Both the position numbers and the translations under genes were made by a program. The notes beneath the pieces are model-generated. The model was not told where the DNA came from and did not search any database. It saw only the letters and a list, made by a program, of their open reading frames with translations. From the human T2T-CHM13v2.0 reference genome, Homo sapiens: DNA of 64,000 nt. The stretch's first letter is position 1. Each line of letters opens with the position of its first letter. Of this stretch, positions 52,327 through 64,000 are shown piece after piece. The DNA is taken from NCBI RefSeq assembly GCF_009914755.1, contig NC_060946.1. The stretch is one strand, 5' to 3'.

Positions 52327-55300
52327 GTACATTTTAAGAATCAATAAAATTATTTTTAAAATCAAAGCAATTTTAAAGCTTTTACTTCTTTAGACTCCTT
52401 GGCAAGAAAGCCCTGGGAAGATAGAAAGTTTGGAGGATGTCAGAGGGAAGTTTGGGAAAAGTAGAGGAATATTTGGAGGGCAGAAGGAGTGAACATTAGG
52501 GAAACCCTCCCCTAGCTCAGTCTTCAGATACGCTGGTGGACTTCCCCATTCAGCCTGAGTCACCTTCGCTACTGACCTCATCTTGTCTTCTGACTGGATG
52601 CTCCTTTCAGGAAGCTGGTGTCTGGAAAACTTCTCAATTTTAGTATCAATTATTATTCAGAGGCTGAAAGGCAAGCCTCCACCTAAAGTGCCAGTCTTGG
52701 GGCCTTGGTGAGACCCTCTGCTGGGGAGAAACTCCACTTCACTGGGGGGTTCTTATTTTATACAAAATGGGGACATGACGGGGCAGCCAAGCAGCAGAAA
52801 ACCAAATCATGAGCAAGAACCAAACTCTTGGGGAGTTTGATTCTTTCTGCTACATAGTGCACAAGTTCTGGAGAGACTATAGGGGTGAAGAATAATAAAA
52901 GATTTTATTTTTGAATCATCTTGCGTGGTTGCCTGTTTGGAGTGCAGTAGCGTGATCATAGTTCACCGCAGCCTAGAACTCCTGGCTCAAGTGATCCTCT
53001 GCCTCAATATCCAGCATAGCTGAGACAACAGTTTGGAACTATCACACCTGGCTAAATGTTTTTAATGCTTCAAGTTTTTTGTATAAATGGGGTCTCACTA
53101 TGTTGACAAGGCTGGTATCAAATTCCTGCCCTCAAGCAATTCTATCTCCTCAGCCAATCAATATGCCAGGAATACAGGCATGAGACACCGTGCCTGGCCA
53201 GCGCCTTTATAATGTTTTATTCTCCCAAGTTCTTCTCAAAAAAGTCAACATCCACCAAGTATCAGCTGAGATTTGAACTTCAACCCTGGGCTGAACTCAG
53301 TGGCAGGACTCTCCATTCCCAACAAGGGACAAATGGAGAAATAAATGGTGAGAGGGAGGAGCTTGATTCTGCCCATGCTAATTGGACACCTATTGTGTGC
53401 TAGGAAGACACACAGAGGTCAATCCAAATTCCAGCTCCAGCCAGAGCAGGACAGCCATGGTGTAGAAGGCCAAGCCCAGAGGAGGGAGCCTTAGCAAGCG
53501 GAGCACCCCTCCATGGAGTATTGACACTCTGTTATTTCAGTTATACTGAAAACTAATAGAAGGTATGAGATATTGCACTCAACCATTATGAGCAAGAAAA
53601 TCCATTCAATCTTCTTTAATTTGGTTAAAACTAACCTTTACTAAAAGGCAGCAAAGAATAATGCTTGTCTATGAGAATTTAAAAACATCATAGCAAACCA
53701 CTCCGTTCTCAGTTTAAGAGGAAAGGCAAAACGCTTGTGTGGGAGAATAAGAAAAAAAATATTTATGTAATACTTTGAGTTTCTATTGCTCCTAACCACC
53801 ATTGCTACATAATTATTCCAAATTATAGCTCTTATTTACCCATCCTACTGTTAAAAAGTACCTCACTGATTCTGTAACCCCCAACTAATCCACCCTATAG
53901 TCCCTAGATGACCAGAGATGCCTATTATCCTCTGCTTTTTACTGTCACTCTCCCCAGTCCAGCAAACTCATTCCTCTTCCTGCATAAGCCTCCTGTGTTT
54001 CTGCCTTTTTTTATCTGCACCCTCTGCTGAGATTCTTTTGTCTTCACCCATCCCAAAGCCATCCATACTTCCACTGCTTGACTAGGGGTAATTATCTCAT
54101 TCACCCAGCCTAATTTTTAACCTTACCTTCCTGCTCCCACCCTCTCTTCACTCTGAACAAGATTTTACTAGGTTGTTGTTATGTTCTGGGGTTCGGAGAA
54201 TCTGACTAGTGTGAGTTTCCCAAGGTAAAGGTAATGCCTTAATAATTTTCACTTTAATTGCTGTTTGCGCAGTGTTTTGCACAAAATTTAACACAATAAT
54301 TGCTCCCAGAGTAAATGTATAAATCTTTGCAATGTCTGATTTGACTCCCTTAGAGTTTGGATCTTTTCCCCTACAACCATCCAGAGTCCTGTCTAACCAA
54401 AGTGAAAATGCGGAACTCCCTCTTTCTGGCTGGCATCACTGCTGAGAACGGAAATAAATGCTGTCTATGCCAACTCCCTAGAACAAGTATAGGTTTCATC
54501 TAGACTAGTTTTCAAAATGAGGAAACAGGATGCAGACAAATACTTTATTCCCACTTTTTGGCCTGGGGTTTATTAACAAGGTGAAATTATACAGAAGAAT
54601 AAATTAGTTTAGCTGAAAAAAGAAAAAATGTATAGTTAATGGAGGGAAAAAATTGAAAATGCAATAAAACCAGAAGATGTTCAGGAATTCAAAGTTGTTG
54701 ATGCATAGAAATACTACTGGTTTTTGTACATTGGTTTTGTGTCCTAAAACTTTACTTGCTTATCCATTTCAGGAGGCTTTTCAAGTTTTCTCCAAAAGGA
54801 GTTTTGGAAAGACTTTAGCATTGTCTACGTAGTGACTCATAATGCAAATGGAGAAAGAGAATTCAATTTTTTTTTCTATTTGTATGCCTTTTTCTTTTCT
54901 ATTGGCTGATTGCTGTGGATAGGACTTTTAAATCTAATTAAATTGTATTTGTTAGATTTTTGTATATTTTAATATGTCTCCAATTAATTTTATATCTGTA
55001 TAATGTCCCCTTATAAAGGAATATGTAGCTGTTTTATTTAGTTATTTTATTACTGATGCACATTTGAGTTTTTTTCAGTTTGGAAAAGTACCAAATAATG
55101 CTGCTTAGAGCATTTGTCTGCATTGGAAAATATGCTGGCAATTCTATTGGGTGTATATACCTAGTAGCAGAGTTGCTTGGTCCTAGAGTGTGCTTATGTA
55201 CATCGTGTATGTAAGGAGTTACTACTCAAGAGGTTTTGAATGCCGTTATAACAGTTTGCACACAGAATGGTATAAGAAAGTTCCAGTTGCTTGACATCAT

Positions 55301-58300
55301 CACTAGTACTTAATTTTGTCAGTTTTCAAAAATGTGAATGATTGCATAGTGGTATTCAATTGTAGTTTTCATATGCATTGTTCTGATGCATAAGGATGTG
55401 GATATGTTCATCTACTTGTTGGCCCTTCGGTTCTGTATGTGGAAATCCTAGTCACATGTTTGCCAATTTTGTTCAATGTATTGCATCTTTGTTTATTAAT
55501 TGATGGGATTTAGTTAAATAAACTAGATAAAAGGCTTTTGCCACATCAATATATGACAAATGTTGATTTCCACTTTGTTCTTGCCTTTCATCTCTCCTGA
55601 AGCTTTTTTTTTATGAAGAGAAGGTTTTAATTCTAATAAAGTCCAATTTGTCATATTTTTGTCTTGAGAATTAATGCATTTTGTGTCCCAAGAAATCTGG
55701 GCCTGTGCCAGTCATGGACATATTTATCTATGTTATCTACTAGAAATATTGTTTTCAGCTTTGACCTTAAAATTTAAAATCCACTTTTCATTGGAATTTG
55801 TTAATAATATAAGATAGGAGTGTTTTTTCTCACATAAATAACTGGTTGACTCAAGGCTATTTACCGAGAAGACTGTCTTCACTCCTCTTCTGTGCCTGTT
55901 TTGTAATATACAAAATGTCCAAATGTGTGAGTCTGAGTTGGACTCTCGAGTTTTTCTAGTTTTCTTTGTGCCTATTTTTGCATTACTACCATAGATAGCT
56001 TTTATTACTATAGCTTTAATCTAAGTCTGAATATATGTCATTTTAAGCTCACAAACTTTGTTATTCTTCAGGACAGTTTTTACATTTCTTCGATTTTTTA
56101 TATGTATTTAAATTTTTTAAACTGATTAGACAGTTTCCACAAGATTTCTGCCAAAATATTGTATTGTGAAAATGGAAATCTATGAATCAATTTAGGGAGA
56201 AGTTACATAGAAACAAAGCAAAACAAAACACTAATAACATCCAAAACAAACTTAAAGAGAACACCACAATAAGAAAAGAAATTCCCAAATTGGAATAAAT
56301 ATTTACAACTCATGAAATTACAAATGGGCTCGCATTTCCATAAAGGGCACTCTCTCTCTCCCTCTCTCTCTCTTTTTTTTTTTTTCCACAGAGACTCACT
56401 CTGTCACCCTGTCTTGAGTGCAGACGTGCAATCTCGGCTCACTGCAACCTCTGCCTCCCAAGTTTCAGCAATTCTTCTGTCTCAGCCTCCTGAGTAGCTG
56501 GGGCTACAGGCTTGTGCCACCATTCCCGGCTAATTTTTTGTAATTTTAGTAGAGACGGGGTTTCACCAGGTTGGCCAGGCTGGTTTTTAACTCCTGACCT
56601 CAAATGATCCGCCCGCCTCAGCCTCTCAAGTGTTGAAATTACAGATGTGAGGCACCACAGCTGACCTGTAAAGACCTCTTAAAAATTAGTTAAAAAACAA
56701 ACAAAACAGAAAAAGAGAAAGAAGAAACAGCCACTCAGTTAAAAGAAAAAGATAAAGAAAAAGAAAAAGAAAAGAAAAGAAAAAAAGGCAAAAGACATTA
56801 TTTTACAGGTCTAGTGCCCTGTGCCCCTCACTGTAATGGGGGTGGATATGGGCTTCACAGGACATGAAATTCATCAAACAGTTGCTGGTTGAAGGAGGGA
56901 AAATCTTGCGGGACCAGCCTCCAGAACAGAGCCTGTGGTGCACTGTTTCATCCCGTAGCCCTGGTAAGAAAACCTGGCTGTGCCGTGCTTTATGTTCACC
57001 TGCATTTGCCCTGTTCAGAGGCCTGAGCTACCGTGAACACATAAGTCTGCTCAAACTCTCCCCATCCCAATATTCTATCTGGTATTGAGCATGACACCCT
57101 GTCTTCACTGAGCATGTGTTTATGCAGTTTTGTGACCACCTATCCATTTTACAACAGGAAGACTGAGGCCCCCAAAAAAGGCAAAGACTGGTCCATATCC
57201 CAGAAATTGGGAAGAGCACAGAGTATTAGGGAGGGATCCAGCTTCCAAGGCCTTGCATGCACCCCACCCATCAGGTTTGCTTTGGAAATGAGTGCTCCTA
57301 AGTCCTGGAAAACCCTGTGGTCTACTTTCTACCTGGGCTTTCTACCCTTTCTTATTCTCACATAGGTGTGCAGCCATGAACACACAAACACACCACACAC
57401 ACACACACACACAGGCTTCTAAGGTGGAGATCATGGAGGTGAGGTTAGAGAAGAGGAAACCAGAGAAGTGACAAAACGGGAAGAAATAGAAGAGGCAGCT
57501 TTGCCATGAGGCAGAGGCATCCACTCCCCCAGCTACATGACCAGGAGCTGACAGCATGCGATGAAGGATCCTCCAGGTTCCCTGGGTTCTTCCAGGCCTG
57601 GGGATCTTCCCAGCTGTTTCAAGAGGACAGGACAGGGGTTGTGACTCCCACCTCTATGGGCACCTGGAACTAAAATGAGCTATGCCCTCCCCCAACCACC
57701 CCATGTGATATAAAGTGGGGCTACGGGAAAGAAAACCTTCGTTTTCTCTCTCATAAATAGGGGTACTCAAAAGGAATAATACCAAGAATTCTAGATACTC
57801 ATAAGTGTCTGCTCCCCTTGGCTCTTCATTGGTAACTCACTGTGCTTTGAGACTCTGGGAAGAGGCTTTTCAGGTTCTAGAGGTCCTTCAGAGAAGAGAG
57901 AGGCCTAGAGATGTGGGCAGATGAGGACTTGGAATAAAGCAGAATGTGACAATGCACTGGGCTCTGGAGTGTGGGGCCCAGAAAAAATACTAGTTTTTTG
58001 GGCTGTCCTTGAGTTCCTCATTCAGAAGTGGAAGAAAATAATGTCTCTGAATGCTGTTAAAATGTTTAATGAGTGCACAGCACACTCAAAGAGGCTGAGG
58101 AAAATAGGAATCAAGGGAGGTTTCCGAGGTTACTTTTATGGCCCTTGGAGTCTTCAGATACTGCTCCTTTTCCCAGGGGTCCTTGATTAGCCACTGCCTT
58201 GAGAATTCCCCAATGCAGGTGCCTGTTTTGTGATGCTTCCACCTGGGACTTCAGGGCTAGTGGAGGCCTCTAGGTGGCGGCAGACCCCGTGTTTCTTATG

Positions 58301-61300
58301 CCCGCTGGACTTTACTGGAGTAGCTGGAGCTAGGGGGGAGAGTCAGCCTGAGGTCCTGCAGCTCCTGTTATCATTCATGATCTCCACATTATTGGGTGGC
58401 CAAAAGCGGGCAGAAGGGCTTTGTGATTTTCCATGTTATTTTACTCAGCGACTCTTCCCCTAGCACTCACCATGTGGCAGCTACCTTGGTAGGTTCACCT
58501 TGTGGTACCAAAAATGATTATGTTATCCCTGCCTCCCGGCGGGAGCCCACGGTCTGAGGACTGCAGGACAAAAACACTAAAGCAAGTACATGTGAAAGAA
58601 AAGAGCATTTTATAATGGAAATAAAGTAGAATGTTGGGAGGGAGGGCTGGGGAGAGGTTGCCTGGAGGGGACATGAATGCCTCCCTGAGGTGACATTATG
58701 TTGTGACCAGAATGACAACAGAGAGCCAGTCCTGCGCAGGTGTGGAAAGTGTGTCAGGGAAAAGCCACTCTTTGTGAAGAGACTCACAGGCACAGGTGAG
58801 TTCAGCAGAGGAGGTTATAACGGGACAATTGTGGCGGCAGGCAGCCTGAGAAAGAAAGGAAAAGAGGGGAGGGAGGATCCTGGGGACTGAAAGAAGAGAT
58901 TAGTCATTTGCCCCTCTCTGACAAAATTTCCCTGAATTTTAGCACATGTTGACAACAAATACTATCTCACAACTTTTGTGAACCAGAATCTCGATATAGC
59001 TTAGTTGGGTGCCTCTGCCTCAAGGTCTCTTACGAGGCTGGGGCTGTGATTTCAACTGAAGCTGGATTTGAGGAGAGATCAGCCTTCTATCTGCCTCATG
59101 GAAACTGGCACGATTCAGTGTGAACTGAGAGCCCGAGTTCCTTCCTCTCGATTGGCCTGGGCATCTCCTCAGTTCTCTATCATGTGGGTCTGTGCCTAGA
59201 GCATCTTAGGACACTGTAGATCACTTCCTCATCTTGAGGATTACAATACAGAGATGGAAAATGAAAGAGATAGACAGACATATGCAGAGAAAAAGAGAGA
59301 AAGGGAGACAGAGAGATTGAGAGAGGACGCACAGGACAGAGCAAGTAAGAGGAAAATAATAGCTGTTTTAGAAATATAAATTTGGAAGTTGCAGTAGACT
59401 ATGTGATTCCCCACCATGTTCACATACCAGAACCTTAATCCCCAGTGTAATGGCCTTAGCAGGTCAGAGGTAATTAAGTCCAAAGCATGAGGACCTCATG
59501 ATAGCGATTACGGGCTTTGTAAAAGAAACCGCAGAAGGTTGTCTCTCCCTCTCTCTGCTAAATGAGAAAACAACCTGAAGTCTGGAGTTTGAAACTCAGA
59601 AGAGAGTCCTTACCAGACCCCAACCATGCTGGAAGCCCAATCTCAAATTTCTGGCCTCTAGAACTAATGTCTTTTATTTATAAGTTGCCTAGTCTATGTT
59701 TTTTGGTATAGAAGTCTGAACTAAGTCAGAAGTGATAACCTATCACATTTGTTGTTTTCCCTTTGACAGAAACTAGAACCAGGTCCCCAAAGAGTTCATC
59801 CAATGACTAGCAGAAATTCTTCAGTTTGCAGAATGACAGATAAGAAAAGATACAACTTGTTGAAAGAATGAAATTTATTCCACTTATGAGACTTCTAAAA
59901 AGTGGCTAAAATTGGTCGGAACCAATATGGTCAACTGGAGTCTGTGTGAAATAAGCTCACTGATGTGAAAGCCCAAATTTCCATCACATGTTTTGTACTG
60001 ACTGTCCCCAAATTTGCACATGTGACCTGTGTGTAGCAAGAAAAAATAGTTGTTCATGCCCAGTGATTTTCCATACATTTTTCCTTTAAGCAATTCCGTA
60101 CTAATCCAGAACCTACCTCCTAAACCTTTCTGAGAATATTACTACCTTTAAGTAAGCACAGGGAAACAGACTTGAGCTGGAATCCCATCTCTTTGTTAGA
60201 AACCCGGTGTTATAGTACCTGCTTCTGAGGCACTGAGAGGTGAGCTGCGTTTTAAAATAACAGAGTCACTCACAACTTAGTGTTGTTGTAAGACTTTGTT
60301 GGGGGCGCCCACCACATAGGCTGAGATGAGGCATATACATATGATTCTAAAAATAATGCACAGCACTGGAATATTTAATGCCAGAAGACAGTATCTGATT
60401 TTCTTTTAATTTCAACCTCTTCTGCTGTGGAATGGAAAATTAAGGCCATATATATAAAATATATATCTTTTATGTATAAAGATACATAAACTATGTATCT
60501 TTTATATATAAAGATATATATGTATAAGTTTATATATTATATATAGTTATATATAATTGATATATATATAGTTATATATAATATATAAATAAAATTATTT
60601 ATATACATTATATATATATATATTTTTTGAGACACAGTCTCGCTCTGTCACCCAGGCTGGAGTGCAGTGGCAGGATCATGGCTCAATGTAATCTCTGCTT
60701 CCTGGGCTCAAGTGATTCTTACACCTCAGCCTCCTGAGTGGCTGGGATTACAGGCATGCATCAACACATCTGGCTAATTTTTGGATTTTTAGTAGAGAAG
60801 GGTTTTTGCCATGCTGGCCATGGCTGGTTTCAAACCCCTGGCCTTAAGTGTTCCAGCTGCCTTGGTCTACCAATCTGCTAAGATTACAGCAAGAGCCACT
60901 GCATCCAACCGATTTTGATTCATTCTATCTCATATATCACCAAAGACTGTTTTTGGAAGTTGATGTTAGCATAATCCCATTATGCATACTTCAGGGCTGG
61001 GGAGACCTGAAGCACACAGTCATTTTCATATGGTCACAGAAATGAAAAGGAAAAGAAGATTTTAACCCAACTCTGTTCTCTCAAACCTGGGGCCCTGGCT
61101 GCATTTAGAACTTTTTGGGAAGTAAGGGACATAATTGTGTTTGCATAACTGTTTACAGGTAAAGAGTTGACATGGGAGAGGAGGGTGAGCAATCAGCAGC
61201 CCAGCAGGGACTTTGCATAGATTTATGGAGGAAAAGGGCTCAGGGGATAAAACCTTGAAGAAGTTAACAGACTTCCCTTGTGACAAAACCTAACAGAATT

Positions 61301-64000
61301 TAGAACTTTGGGAACCAGAAACCCACATTCTAGAGACAGCCCTGTATCTAGCTAACTTCTTGGGAGATGCTTGAGAGGGCACTGTGTTCTCATTGTAGGT
61401 TATATTCCCAAGCTGTTGCCTGAGAAAGGCCCAAAGTGAGAGCCTTTTCTGACAGTATACATACTGGCTCAGCCTACATCCTTGATACCATTGGCCATTC
61501 GACAAGAGGCACCCACAGGTAACACAGTGTAGCCCAGGGCAGTTCCGTCCATGCCAGGCCACCTGTGTCATCTAATCTGGGCAACCCGACCCTGCCTACA
61601 ATTACCCTGTGTTGCAAGGGGAGCAGGAAAGGAGGGGGCTTTTCCTCACAGGGGCAGGTTTTAAGACACAGGAACCCTGGTGGGTCTGTCATGTTCATAC
61701 CCAGGTCACGGTTGGTGGAATAAAAAGTTGTGAGTTGCGGACCAAGTACGTCTACTCAGATGTGAATCCCAAGGCCTTAAGCTGTCCTCGGGTTTCCTCA
61801 TTGGCTGGGGGTCTATGCAGATACTCCTATGTTCCTGATCTAGGAAACAGAATTTCTAATGGAGATGTCACCTGGTGGTAAAAACAAAGAAGACAATTAA
61901 CTTTTTTTGCTGCTGGGAACACTCTTTGTAGAGCTGCATTAAAATCAGTGAGCAGATATTTGATGGGTTCAAGTCCCCCATCTCCTTGGACAACTGGCAG
62001 GTTCACCACACCCCCAAGCATGGCATACAATGAGTTATGGTGAGAGCAGGCACATGGGGGTCTCTACAGAGAGGGACCTGACAAAACCAGGATGGGCCCA
62101 GGATCCAGACCCAAACATGGAATTTCTCTGCACTTTCTCCTAGGGGATTTCCATGAGTGACCCTCAGATCTACCCCCCAAAAATCTAGCCTTAACTGGTT
62201 CCAGTGGCAACCTGGTTAAGTGTAAAGTCCCTTTTTACATTCTTGTAGAAATATCAGAGAAGACCTTTGTGTTGTTTTTACTTTACACTAGGCTATATTT
62301 ATTCATGTTACTACAGTTTGTATAGTTTTAATTATTCCCCCCGATATCATCTGTAGCAGGCAGCTTCACGGTACTGCCAGCCTTTCTCCAAGACTTGAAA
62401 GCCACCACTATCACTAATACTCTACAAAAATAGGGAAGAGTTTACATGAAAAAGGGGTTATATTGTTTCCTGCATTTGTCTGCAATGTGTCATCTAAGAG
62501 AACTCATCCCAGTAGCCCATCAGGGCAGAAGTGGTGCCCTCACATATCTTTGTAATGTTATATAATGGAGGTCACTTCCCAGAGTGGTTTAGCCTTTCAA
62601 TGGCTATTATTTCTGATCAAAATGGAATAAAACTAGAAATGAATAACAGAACAAAACAAAAATAGCAACATATATATGGAAATTAAACAACTCACTTTTG
62701 AGCATGCTCATGTTTAACGGTTGTAAGACTTAATATTATGAATAATGCTTATGATGTCTAAAGCGAGTTACAGATTCAATGCAATCCCTTTTAAATTAAG
62801 AATTTTTTTTTGAAATAGAAAAAGGAACCAACAAATTATATGGAATGTCAAGCGACCATAAAGAGCCCAAAAATGTTTAAAAAAAAAACAATGTTAGTGA
62901 CCTCACCTTTTCTGATTTCAAAGCACATTACAAAGCAACAGCAATGAAAACAGTTTGTTTCTGGCATAAAGACAGACAATTTTTCCAATAAAACAGAAGG
63001 TAGCAAACATGTAAACCTCACACATATGAGCAAATAGCTATTTGCATACCAATATTCATTGGAGCATTATTCAGAAAGGCCAATAGGTGAAAGCAACACA
63101 AACTTTCCTCATAGGATGAATAAATAAATACAATTTGTAATATAAAAGTAATGGAATATTACTTAGCTTTTAAAGGCAGAAAATCTTGTACCATCCACAA
63201 TAAAGAGGAATCTTGAGAACATAATGCTAAGTAAAATTAGTCACAATAAAACAGATACTCTATGATTCTACTTATATGTAATATCTAAAGTATTGAAACT
63301 TAGAACCAGAAAATAGAATGATTTTTATCATGAGCCAGGTGGTAAGGACAATGGGTAGTTGTCATTTCATGTGTACTGAGTTTTAGTTTTGCAAAAGAAA
63401 AAATTTTACAAATATGTTGCATAACAATGTAAATACACTTAACATGACTGAACTGTATAAGAAAAAATATTAAAGATTCTAAATTTTATGTTATGTATTT
63501 TTACCACAATGGAAATTAAAAATGACACCCAAGGGCCAAGAGTGATCACTCATGCCTGTAATCCCAGCACTCTGGGAGGCTGAGGCATGCAGGTTACTTG
63601 AGGCCATAAGTTCAAGACCAGCCTGGCCAACATGGTGAAACCCCAGCTTCATGAAAAATACAAAAATTAGCCAGGCGCGGTGGTGCACAACTTTAATGCC
63701 AGCTACTCAAGAGGCAGCAGCTGGAGAATTGCTTTAACCTGGGAGGTAGAGGTTGCAGTGATCCAAGATTGTGCCACTGCACTTTGGCAACAGGGTGAGA
63801 GTCTGTCAAAAGAAAAAAAAAAAAAAATGACACCCGAAGAGACAGAGTTACAAAGTTTCTGAAAAATTATCTTCAAATCGCATAAATCTTTCTTTCACAC
63901 TAAGATAATATAAACAATAGATGTTGAAATTAAGACAATTTCCATGATTACTCACTTAGACAGAATAAATTATTGGCCATCAAATAAGAAGAAAATATAC
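52327..64000 (-). repeat. Right arm of the inverted repeat (runs off window end)
   Basis: Mirror of 34870-46420 including all Alus, LTRs and L1 pieces. Confidence 0.97.

Overview
Primate (almost certainly human) genomic DNA, dominated by L1/Alu/LTR relics, with no intact protein-coding gene. Recognisable gene-derived pieces: a processed CTDSP2 pseudogene (+, ~17.8-19.75 kb); an orphan KRAB-ZNF (ZNF91-family-type) CpG promoter/exon 1 (-, ~23.6-23.9 kb); an intron-containing, internally deleted CLUH pseudogene (-, ~29.5-33.0 kb); and the 3' half of a V1R vomeronasal-receptor pseudogene (+, ~46.4-46.8 kb). The right half of the window is the centre of a large inverted repeat: 34870-46420 mirrors 52327-64000 around a 5,906-bp spacer, and the arms run off the window end. 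A ~6-kb spacer plus an outward-facing promoter ~25.6 kb from the axis fits my recollection of the distal junction (DJ) flanking the rDNA arrays on acrocentric short arms (inference, not checked). Most interesting signals: a ZNF promoter that appears to be co-opted for a lncRNA with a candidate exon antisense to the CTDSP2 3'UTR; a sharply bounded ~99.5%-identical tract between arms that are otherwise ~90% identical (gene conversion); and a V1R gene cut exactly at the inner edge of the left arm. Repeat subfamily names and parent-gene comparisons are from memory of consensus sequences, and all identities are hand estimates.
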